Origin: Barthelona sp. PCE
Lineage: Eukaryota
NCBI GenBank assembly: GCA_040285745.1
Contig: JAUFOR010000001.1
Span: 124,001 to 188,000, forward strand
DNA length: 64,000 bases
Reading direction: 5' to 3'
Part shown: one piece after another, positions 9,385 to 18,419 of the stretch
How the letters are laid out: each line of letters starts with the position of its first letter
How positions within the stretch are numbered: the stretch's first letter is position 1
Translations under genes and position numbers: made by a program
The notes under the pieces: model-generated
Told to the model about the DNA's origin: nothing
The model's input: only the letters and a program-made list of their open reading frames with translations
Databases searched by the model: none

Positions 9385-10519
9385 CTAATTACCGTAAGTA
9401 CCATTGTTCATGGTTTGAAACATCTTGGACATATCAAACTGAGCATTGGGCATGTTTGACATGTTAGGCATCATCATCATAGGGGGAAACATCATCTGAC
9501 CCATCTGAGCACCGTTAGTGTTCATCATCTGGGGGTTAAACTGACCCATATTCATCATCATGAAAGGATTAAGCATAGGATTGGGGAGCATATCCATCTG
9601 GTTCATTTGAATGCCTACTTCTTCTTGCACAGGCTTGGTCTTGGGGATCTCAGGCACAGAAACAGGAACAGGCTCTTCTTTGGGAGCAGAAAAGAAACCA
9701 AAAGAAACGTTTTCCTCCGTCTCATTGTTCTTCTTAAAGGAAACACGCTTCTTCTCTTCAGAGTGGCGGATCAAGTCCTCTTCAGTGAATACACCCTTCT
9801 GTTTATCAGGTAACATGTCAGGTAACGCAGGCGGGAGAAGAATGCTTTGCTCAGCCAAAAGAAGGCTATCCTTGTCAACCTTTTCAGGCTCAATAACAGT
9901 TTCAGATACAATAGGGGATTCAACCTCAAGTTCAGGTTCAGGAGAAGGTGTTTGGCTTGCTGGTAATGTGTTTGCGAAATTCTGGGTCAATACAGCAGCA
10001 AGGCCCTTGGCTTGTGAAGGCTTCTCTGATACATATACCTGAACACGTCCTACATCAACTTTTTGTGATTTAGTCCTCCTCTTCGTAGGTTTAGGGCGAG
10101 CTTCTTGCTCAACTGTAAGCTTAGATGCATCAAAAACGACTGTGGCACCTGATACAGTTTGTGGTTTTACCTCATCACGCTTCTTGCGATTACGATAAGG
10201 CTTCTTACCTCTCTTATTGTTCTGTTTGTTAGAATTTCTACTGTTCTTCTTTGACTTTTCGGTGTTCCTTGTACGGAAACCATCTTCATTGGTTCTGTTG
10301 TCTAAAAATGAGTGTCCTAAAAAATCTCTGCGCAAAGGCAAATAAAATCATACCTTCCATCAGTTCTTGTACTGCCCGACTCAGTGCGTTCGAATGCTTT
10401 GTCAGGGTGTGTAATAATTCAAGATCTGAGAAGTTGTTCCCGAACATCTCTTTTAAATGCTGGAAATGCTCTTGCATGTTAGCTGGCACGTCCACCTGCA
10501 TACTAACAGTCCTATTCAT
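9385..10519 (-). CDS. UBA/CUE-domain protein with basic, low-complexity and Met/Gln/Asn-rich regions (UBAP2/Lingerer/Def1-like); two exons, 10519-10354 and 10316-9385
   Basis: Exon 1 encodes a CUE/UBA-like helical bundle (LKEMFG...ELLHTL......LSRAVQELMEG). Removing 10353-10317 joins it in frame to the 9385 ORF (EG|HSFLDNRTNEDG). Confidence 0.7.
10317..10353 (-). other. 37-nt spliceosomal GT-AG intron
   Basis: Minus-strand sequence GTATGATTTTATTTGCCTTTGCGCAGAGATTTTTTAG, with a GTATGA donor and TTTTTTAG acceptor. Its removal merges two out-of-frame ORFs into one coherent protein. Confidence 0.8.
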
Positions 10520-11427
10520 ATATATGTGTGTGAAGAAAGGGGGGTTATTGTGAAAGTAAGATTTGTTTTGAATTATGGTCAAAGCAATGGTACAGATATC
10601 TTGCAAAAGGGTTAAAACACTCAGAAAGCTTATTAAATGATCAGTAAGAGTTAAGAGGTAATAGTTTGAGAAGCGAAAGCTATCAGAATTGAATTGGAAA
10701 ATGTCTTCTGTAGACACATATATGGCTGTTGTAGGGTTTAAAGGCTTTTACATGTACTAAATCTGATTCTGAATGAAATTAAAAAGTAAAGTCCCTCTTA
10801 TATATGTGTTATAGTAAAGATTGTGGCTATTTCCACTGATGCTCAAGGTTAACAGTTATGTGCAATGTTACACATCAATCTGTCAACCATCAGAAGAAAA
10901 TCTGTTTTTCATTAATATACGTATTTCCAACAGAAACCTATCGTATTGACCATGTTTTAAGTCATGTCATCCATCCATTACTCACAGAGAATCAAGAAAT
11001 GATGGTTATGGAAATTTGTTGAATCTACACATACATTCTGAAATAAACAACAATTAAAATGAAGAATATCATGAAAAAAAGGACGGCTACACATCCGCTT
11101 TTTTGAAAAGTAGGTGTCGAATGGAGTTGCTGAATTGGGGTTTGTGTCGGTGAAAAATCTTTGTTCATGTGAAAAAATGCTGTTCCCCGCGTTATTTAGG
11201 AAAAAAACCGGTACTTTAATTGAAATCCCGTTGAAAAGGGAAGATAAATATGAATTGTGATGCACTTGACATTATTTGCATGATACACTTCCAGAACAAC
11301 ACAAGCATTAAATAGCCGTCACCCGTGGAATTGTATTGATGGTAATGAAAGAATGTCAGATAGAATCCATGTTTATTCGTTCTCTTTCCTTTTTCTCTTA
11401 CTGCTTCTGCAACAAAGATAATACACG

Positions 11428-12351
11428 ATGGGGGAAGAACAAGAGCACACTGAAACACCTGAAGAAACAAAGAAACGACTAGAACCTTTTATTCCTAGTC
11501 AATACGATCCATTAAAGAGGGCTTTTGATGATGTATCATTCATACTGGATCAGGAGGTGGAATATTTTGACACTGTTAATTCCCGTAAGTTTAAGGGTTT
11601 TAATTATGGTGTCTCATTAGGTATTGGTTCAATAATAATTTTTGCTCAATACTCTTTTATACGTGCATTGTTTTATCCATTGATAACCATTGGATTCTTT
11701 TTATTCTCAAGGTTATTTGCTAAAACGCATAGTTTTTCTTCAGTTTTAACTACCTTGAGAGTTTCTTTTAAAAAATTCGGAACATCACGTCAGTTACTGA
11801 AACAATGTATTGAAATAGAGCTTCACAAGTGGAAGGAGAAGGCTGAAAAACCAATGATTAACGTGGATTTCCATTATAATGCAGAAACGGTTCATTTAAT
11901 TTGGGAAAAACGTTTTCGACAATGTAGTTATCTGCCTCAGTTGTTAAAGATTTATGGACAAGAGGAGAAGAGACGTTCATCACACGCTAAATTGTTCAAC
12001 AAACTGATGATTTACATGGTTTTATTACATGTATTATTGTTTCTAAGGTATTTTAGAAACGATTCTTTTTTTTTAAAAATATTTCAATATGTTTTAATAA
12101 TTCTTTCAATAGCTCTCTTCACACAGGTGCTATCACTCATGAAACTGAACCACACCTTTTTTAAACAGGAAAAAGTGCAAAAAAGGCTAAATTTTTTGAA
12201 AAACAACTTTGACCCATATTATCTTCCTTTAGATTTTAGTATTAAAACAATATTTTTAGCTGAAAAGATGACAGATAAGGACCTTGATAAGATATTTACA
12301 TTCCTCAAAGATGATTTAGTTATGGAAAACCCTACTGTCTTTAATTTTTAA
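11428..12351 (+). CDS. Hypothetical membrane protein (about 4 TM helices in two hairpins)
   Basis: 307-aa ATG ORF with two pairs of hydrophobic segments. AT-rich. Confidence 0.65.
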   Translation: MGEEQEHTETPEETKKRLEPFIPSQYDPLKRAFDDVSFILDQEVEYFDTVNSRKFKGFNYGVSLGIGSIIIFAQYSFIRALFYPLITIGFFLFSRLFAKTHSFSSVLTTLRVSFKKFGTSRQLLKQCIEIELHKWKEKAEKPMINVDFHYNAETVHLIWEKRFRQCSYLPQLLKIYGQEEKRRSSHAKLFNKLMIYMVLLHVLLFLRYFRNDSFFLKIFQYVLIILSIALFTQVLSLMKLNHTFFKQEKVQKRLNFLKNNFDPYYLPLDFSIKTIFLAEKMTDKDLDKIFTFLKDDLVMENPTVFNF

Positions 12352-12352
12352 G

Positions 12353-12784
12353 TTATCTCTTTTTTTGGACAAATTTAACAACCTTTCCAATGATATTTGT
12401 GGCTGCTATTGTGGGTACAATTATTTTAGTGAATTTCGTACCAGTTTCTATTCCATTGGAGACAATATGTGATGTTAAATATCGTTTATACCCTTTGTAT
12501 CGTGGGTTTAACCATATATGCAGTAAAGTAGAGGAGGTACCGGTACAGAAACCAGAAATAAACGATATTCCAATGTCTCGAAATAATGGATTAACTAGAT
12601 CATCTTGTTTGTGTAATATTACATCATTTGCCACGTTTTCGTTGGTGATGAGTGAAGGATCGCTATCCTCTGGCCGCACATACTGACTACGTGGGAATAT
12701 AACTTCGGTTGGTATGGGCATTTTCCATTTATCCGCACTGCTCACAACCTTTTGTGCTTTTTCCAGTAAAGTGTCCCTAAACAT
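12353..12784 (-). CDS. Small membrane protein, possibly a divergent Tim17/Tim23/Romo1(Mgr2)-family member
   Basis: 143-aa ATG ORF. DIGISFISGFCTG (GxxxxxGxxxG) TM1, a basic loop, then GIETGTKF...IAA as a second helix. The family call is tentative. Confidence 0.4.
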   Translation of the reverse strand: MFRDTLLEKAQKVVSSADKWKMPIPTEVIFPRSQYVRPEDSDPSLITNENVANDVILHKQDDLVNPLFRDIGISFISGFCTGTSSTLLHIWLNPRYKGYKRYLTSHIVSNGIETGTKFTKIIVPTIAATNIIGKVVKFVQKKR

Positions 12785-12992
12785 TTAATAAAAACCAAAA
12801 AAAAATTATGGTTTAGTGTGAAAGAGTGGAAAAAAATGCTTACATAATATTAACGTTTATAAACAGCTATATGGCCCATAAGTACGTATTAGGAGCCAAA
12901 ATAGAGAAGAAATCATGATATTTGGATGAAATCATCGTTTTCATTTTCCTTTTCCTTTTCATTTCAAACAACGCATTTCTATATCGATAAAG

Positions 12993-15900
12993 ATGATGAA
13001 TTTGCGACATTTTCAAACAATCATGCAGGTGCAACAGCAAGTGCGCCCATTGCAATCGATTGCGTTTTCGCCTAACGGTTTACGAACGGCAGTACTGACT
13101 TCAGACCGCATGATTCACCTTTTTGACGAAACAGGGGCATGGAGAGAGAAGTTCGGTTTACGTCCCGTTGACGGGAAGATTGAGCCTCAGATTCCGTTTG
13201 CTCCTTCAAATCTTTCATTCTCACCGGACAACACACGCCTTGCGGTCGCCCAGACAGATAACGGCGCGGTTGTTTATCGCCTTGGTAATGAATGGGGAGA
13301 GAAAAAAGCAATTGTTGCCAAATTCAAGGTTGATTCACCAGTTCTTTCATTTATGTGGCCAGAGGAACACGGAGGTTCCAGCGAAATCGTGTTCATGGGT
13401 CTGGAGGACGGTTCCATTCAGCTTTGTTCATGCTCAAACCCATCACAAAAACAAGTATACAAATATGATTGCGCGTGTATCCATCTGGCTTACTCGCAAC
13501 ACAATCTAATAGCAGCGTTCACCGACGGCTCGGTCCATCAGTTTGTTTTTAACGACGAGGGCAGTAGCGCTTCTCATACATTGATTGCAAATATCGATTC
13601 GCCTATTGTTCACATTGGAATATCTGGTGATGATGTTGTTGTTATTGCTGGAAATGGAGTTACATGGCTGGGTAAGAAAGTCCTTGAGTTCGACGAGGAA
13701 ATCATATGTGGCTACGTAGACAAGGGCGTTGTTGCCGTCTGCCTATCGTCAACGCTTATTGTTATGTTCGGTGACGGTCAGACCCGAGAGCTTAACTTGC
13801 AGGCAACGCGCCCCGTCAACGTTCATATCAGGGAGAACAAAGTGTATGTAATGGGAACGTTCTGTAACCTTGAAGTTTTTGAGTTTTTTTTGATGAAAAA
13901 GAGATTTGACGACTTTGAGATTCTGAAGATCTCAAGCAATGCTCTCATCCTAAAGTTCCTTACAGGTGAGCACCAGGGACAGCGACTATCTCTCGCATTG
14001 ACCAGTGAAATGAATCATTTTAGGCTGCTGAAGAAGAGGTTCTTAATCATCGAGACTGAGGCGAGTCTCATTATTGCAGATCTTGCCGAACGCCAGATTT
14101 CTGAGTTGAACATCAGAATGGCAAGTAGGACAAGTCCGAAATTTTTATTCTTCGAAGAACAGGGTGCTTGTGTTGTATTCCATGCGGGAGAGTGTCATCT
14201 GGTTGTATTGGGTGAGTCAGAGATCCTAGCAACATATCCCGCCTCACGCATCTCCGCAAGCAGTGTGTCTCTTTCACTAAAGGCGGAGCAAATTGCATAC
14301 CTGATCGATGCGGAGACATTGCAAATTTATAACTACGGTGCTGGCGCACAGGCTACAATCTCTCACCCAATTGCAATCGACTGGATCGAGCTTAATCACA
14401 TGGGCAACTACATTCTCTTTAGAGATGTGCTGCAGAAGTTGTATGTCGTGGAGCTGAAGTCCCTTTCAGCGCTGCTGATGTCTGAACCCGAAAAAGTCCC
14501 GTTGCTGGACCATTGCGAGTATTGCCAGTGGGTGCCACAATCCAACGTTGTTGTTGCACAGAGCAGGAACCTGTTAAAGGTATGGTACAACATAGAATCG
14601 CCCTCGAAGTCGACGAACTTTGAGATTGGTGGCGTTGTACAGAGCATAGAGCGTGGAAACGGCAAGACAGAGGTTATTGTCCTGGAGAACAACGATATTG
14701 TTGGTTACATACTGGATGAAGCGCTAATAGAATTCGATATGGCCATTGCTGCTGGGGATTTGGGCCGTGCCTCGATATTCTTGGAAGATTTACTGCTCAC
14801 ACCAGAGATCACACAAATGTGGAGTTTAATTGCGAAATTGGCACTTGATCAGGGTGAGTTCCAAACAGCAAAGAATGCTTACACAATGCAGAAGAACGTT
14901 GTTAACGCGAATTTTTGTCAGAAGATCATTGATCATGTGTCGAAGTTGCAGAACATGGCTGGATCAAGAGAAATAGCGTTAAATCATGAGAGCACGAAGA
15001 AGTTGGTAGGCCTTTTAAGAGGAACGATATCTGGTGAGGATCTTCTTAGTAAGTCGTATAATGACGACGATGGTATGCTTGGTGATACCAAGGTTGAGGA
15101 AGGAGACTTCCCCAGCGCTATTAATCACTTTATTCGTGGTGGTCTACCAGCCCGTGCAGCAAATTTGATTATAGAGAAGCAACTTTCTTTACCAGGCCAA
15201 ATGACCACACTTGTTGTGCAGAAACTAGTTGCCTCATCATTGTATGAGGCCGCTGGTCGACTTTTTGAGTTCTTGGGCAACACCGATCAGGCTATCCAAA
15301 ACTATGTGCAGGGTAAGCGTTATGTTGATGCTCTGCGTCTTGTGTCCGAAATGGATCGCACTGAGCGAACCGAAAAGCTGATTAGGAAGTTGAAACTTAA
15401 GCAAGCCGATATTCTTCTTCATCAAGGCGATCTCACCGGTGCTGCTCGTTTCTTCCTTGAAGGGGGAGACTTGGAGAAGGCAATCGACGCGTTTGTCGAG
15501 GCGGAGGCTTGGTCCAAGGTGTTTGACCTTCTCGAGAGAATTGATGCAGCAGACCGAGTTTTGTATGCTTCTCGCGTAGGTGCTCTTTTACAGTCAAACG
15601 GTAAGGTTGACGTGGCAGAGCGTCTATACACGCGCTTCGGCATGGACGAGGAGCTAACGTTCATGTATCTTGAACGTGGTCAGTTCGATAAGGTGAACTA
15701 CGACCACAAGGATATCATCATCAGCAAATCGCAGGAGCTCATCGCACAACAGCGTTTATCCGAGGCCGAGCGCCTGTTACTCAGAGTGTCAGAGTTCGAT
15801 CGCATCATTGCGATGTACTTTAAGGTTCAGAACTTTGGTAAGGTTGTATCGTTGGTGCAGAAGCACCGCCCCGACCTAAAGGCAAGTATTAATGTTAAGA

Positions 15901-17528
15901 TTGCAAAGATCCTGGCCTCACAGCGAAAGTTCAAAGCAATGACGAAGCACTACGTTTTGGCAGGAGCGGAGCACTGGAAGGAGGCAGTCAAGATATTGTG
16001 CGCCGAGAATCTATGGAGCGATGCCATCAGCGTGGCAGGTCGATTTAACGGGGAACTCAAGAGTTACATTGCGCTTCGATGGGCTCGTTCCATCGGTGGC
16101 TTTGACGGTGCAAAGATGCTTGTTTCGTATGGCCTCATTGACAGCGCCATCATGTTCCTTGTCGAGGAGGGCGAGTGGATGCAGGCATTTGATGTTTGCG
16201 CTAACAACATGCCCACACAGTTGCCAGAGTTACGTGAAAGATATGCACAGAGCCTATCAGAGGAGGGCAAGTACGACGAGGCTGAGAAGTATTTCAAGAT
16301 GGCAGGAAAGATTGAGAAGGCCGTCGATATGTACATTCAGATGGGAGACCTTGAAAAGGCGCTTCTCGTTGCGGATAAAGACAAGAACGCACGACACACT
16401 GTTCTGCGTCACATGGCAGATGCAAAGGTGGAGGTCGATAAGCAGGAGGCTGCTGATATGTATGCTGAGATTGGTGATCATGCCAAGGCTGTTGAATTAT
16501 ACAGAAAACTCGGCCAGATGGAGCTCGCCAACGACCTTGCACGCAGATTTGTTCCTTCAATGGTGCAGCACGCACACAAGGAAGAGATTGTGGAGGTGGA
16601 GATCAAGACCGTCAAGACCGAGAGCAAAACTTCGCCCCGAGAACAGGTAGCTTCTCTTTGCCGCTTCGGCAACTACGAACAGGCGCTCAGGAAGGCTCAA
16701 CAGACGGATTTGGTCAGCTATTATCTGGAATTGCGTATCCCAGAGTTCCAGAACGACGAACCCGGTCTTATTGAGCTGTTTTATACTCATGCACGCGATA
16801 TTACTAACATCAAGTTTGATTTTGAAAGTCTGCTCAAGAATCAAATTGCGGAATGCCGTAACTGGGAGGCGTTTAGATCCATTGCTATCTTTGCTCCGTT
16901 GGAGGAGAGGCTCAAGATGGCATTTTATTACTTCGGGCAGGCACAGTTGGTCACATCTTTTAACCACACACATCTTGCTTGTCAGTGTTGGCTGAGCTGT
17001 GTTTTCTTCCTTGATATTCTTCCACCAGAGGTTGTTTTGTACGAAGCTGGCTCATTCTGCCGTCGTCTTGGTCATAATGGCTCAGCGTTCTCTCTTCTGA
17101 ATCTGTTGATTGACTACATCGAGGCTGTTGAGGCTGACGATATCGACATACTTGACTTTGGTGACTTTGAAGAGTATGGTATTGCTGAAATCACAAAACT
17201 TCCACGTTCTGTCACATATGACGAGGATTCTATCTCTGACATCAGGCAATGGGTGATTGAATTCTCCACTAGAGTCAACATTAGTGATGGGTTGACGATG
17301 ATGAAATGTTTCAACTGTAGTGTGGATAACTGGCAAGCAGCACACAAATGCATTGAGTGTGATGAGGAATTCACGCAATGTGGCATTAGCGGCGCACCTA
17401 TTTCAAAGGAAGACACGATTTTATGTCCGTCTTGTAATATGAAGGCGGGACTACAGGCTTGGAACCTGTACACAAGCGACTTCCAACAATGTCCGCGTTG
17501 TTTGGCACCTGCTGCTCCTTTCTATTGA
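12993..17528 (+). CDS. IFT172: Intraflagellar transport protein 172
   Basis: MNLRHF start, 'AFSPNG.R.AV.T.DR.I.LFDE.G..REKF', 'VYRLG.EWGEKKAI..KF', 'YCQWVPQSNVVVAQSR..L.VWYNI', TPR-like solenoid, C-terminal zinc-binding Cys motifs. Confidence 0.95.
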   Translation: MMNLRHFQTIMQVQQQVRPLQSIAFSPNGLRTAVLTSDRMIHLFDETGAWREKFGLRPVDGKIEPQIPFAPSNLSFSPDNTRLAVAQTDNGAVVYRLGNEWGEKKAIVAKFKVDSPVLSFMWPEEHGGSSEIVFMGLEDGSIQLCSCSNPSQKQVYKYDCACIHLAYSQHNLIAAFTDGSVHQFVFNDEGSSASHTLIANIDSPIVHIGISGDDVVVIAGNGVTWLGKKVLEFDEEIICGYVDKGVVAVCLSSTLIVMFGDGQTRELNLQATRPVNVHIRENKVYVMGTFCNLEVFEFFLMKKRFDDFEILKISSNALILKFLTGEHQGQRLSLALTSEMNHFRLLKKRFLIIETEASLIIADLAERQISELNIRMASRTSPKFLFFEEQGACVVFHAGECHLVVLGESEILATYPASRISASSVSLSLKAEQIAYLIDAETLQIYNYGAGAQATISHPIAIDWIELNHMGNYILFRDVLQKLYVVELKSLSALLMSEPEKVPLLDHCEYCQWVPQSNVVVAQSRNLLKVWYNIESPSKSTNFEIGGVVQSIERGNGKTEVIVLENNDIVGYILDEALIEFDMAIAAGDLGRASIFLEDLLLTPEITQMWSLIAKLALDQGEFQTAKNAYTMQKNVVNANFCQKIIDHVSKLQNMAGSREIALNHESTKKLVGLLRGTISGEDLLSKSYNDDDGMLGDTKVEEGDFPSAINHFIRGGLPARAANLIIEKQLSLPGQMTTLVVQKLVASSLYEAAGRLFEFLGNTDQAIQNYVQGKRYVDALRLVSEMDRTERTEKLIRKLKLKQADILLHQGDLTGAARFFLEGGDLEKAIDAFVEAEAWSKVFDLLERIDAADRVLYASRVGALLQSNGKVDVAERLYTRFGMDEELTFMYLERGQFDKVNYDHKDIIISKSQELIAQQRLSEAERLLLRVSEFDRIIAMYFKVQNFGKVVSLVQKHRPDLKASINVKIAKILASQRKFKAMTKHYVLAGAEHWKEAVKILCAENLWSDAISVAGRFNGELKSYIALRWARSIGGFDGAKMLVSYGLIDSAIMFLVEEGEWMQAFDVCANNMPTQLPELRERYAQSLSEEGKYDEAEKYFKMAGKIEKAVDMYIQMGDLEKALLVADKDKNARHTVLRHMADAKVEVDKQEAADMYAEIGDHAKAVELYRKLGQMELANDLARRFVPSMVQHAHKEEIVEVEIKTVKTESKTSPREQVASLCRFGNYEQALRKAQQTDLVSYYLELRIPEFQNDEPGLIELFYTHARDITNIKFDFESLLKNQIAECRNWEAFRSIAIFAPLEERLKMAFYYFGQAQLVTSFNHTHLACQCWLSCVFFLDILPPEVVLYEAGSFCRRLGHNGSAFSLLNLLIDYIEAVEADDIDILDFGDFEEYGIAEITKLPRSVTYDEDSISDIRQWVIEFSTRVNISDGLTMMKCFNCSVDNWQAAHKCIECDEEFTQCGISGAPISKEDTILCPSCNMKAGLQAWNLYTSDFQQCPRCLAPAAPFY

Positions 17529-17564
17529 GAAATAAATCTGTATTTTATTAATTCAACTCTTTTA

Positions 17565-18419
17565 ATGCGGACAGTGAAAAAATATTTGGGCATCAGCGTA
17601 ATGTGGCTGAAGGTGTACTTTAGACTTCTGGTGAAGTTTGTTCTTCATATTGTAACAGGAAAAAGTCAAATCAGTCGCATTGTTCAGAAACCTTTCAAGC
17701 CAGAGCTTAACATTAGCATGATTACATCGCTATCAGCGTCTAAACGCTTAAGGGAGCATCATGAGAAGTTTGTAAGCGGCGGTATTGATGTGGAAGAATT
17801 TTTTAACATTATTGTTGATGTTAAATCAGTTCATAATGATCACCATGAGACACTTCTCCGCTATCTGACATCATACAGCAGTATTAAATCCATTTCAAAT
17901 GATCTATTGACTACAATGAAGACAGGGTTCGATGCTAATGATAATAATCACATGCGTTATCTTGATACGATGTACACGGTTTTGTTCGACCGTAAGAAGC
18001 CGGATGATGAAGATTTAGTGGTGAATGTTAATTGGACGACTGTTGGTTTTCAGCAACCAAAGATTACTTCCGATTTCCGGGGTGCTGGCGTCTTAGGTAT
18101 CACATTTATGGACTATATGGCAACGTTCCAGGCTGCAAGATTCAAAAAATTAGCAAAAAATATCCCTTTATTTGGCATAGTAGTTATAAATTTGGTTTGC
18201 GAATTCAATGATCGGTTACAAAGCGGAGACCTCAATCTTATGCTGTTAAGAGCGTTACATACATCAAAAGATACATTAAACTCGGAGTTTGTCTTTAGAA
18301 TTTGGGGCAGGCTGGTTGCAGAATTTTGGACCATATATGAGAAGGAAATTGGTGATATCACACAGTTTGAGATGTCAAAGAAGCCAATTATTGAGAGAGT
18401 TATCCTGGATCAGATTTAG
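17565..18419 (+). CDS. ELMO-domain protein (ELMOD family, Arf/Arl GAP)
   Basis: WTTVGFQQPKITSDFRGAGVLG matches the ELMOD W.x.GFQ...P.TDFRG.G.LG motif with the catalytic Arg. Confidence 0.88.
   Translation: MRTVKKYLGISVMWLKVYFRLLVKFVLHIVTGKSQISRIVQKPFKPELNISMITSLSASKRLREHHEKFVSGGIDVEEFFNIIVDVKSVHNDHHETLLRYLTSYSSIKSISNDLLTTMKTGFDANDNNHMRYLDTMYTVLFDRKKPDDEDLVVNVNWTTVGFQQPKITSDFRGAGVLGITFMDYMATFQAARFKKLAKNIPLFGIVVINLVCEFNDRLQSGDLNLMLLRALHTSKDTLNSEFVFRIWGRLVAEFWTIYEKEIGDITQFEMSKKPIIERVILDQI

Noticed and set aside
10286-10717. 143-aa minus-strand ORF as an independent gene
   Set aside because: It starts at a non-ATG codon, and its meaningful part (from ATG 10519) is exon 1 of the spliced UBA/CUE gene.
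10984-10992. ACAGAGA box suggesting U6 snRNA
   Set aside because: It is not followed by the AGC triad and internal stem-loop of U6, so it is likely a chance heptamer.
16021-16650. 209-aa alternate-frame ORF inside IFT172
   Set aside because: Lies in the GC-richer interior of a conserved gene, has an Arg/Ser-rich off-frame composition and no motif.
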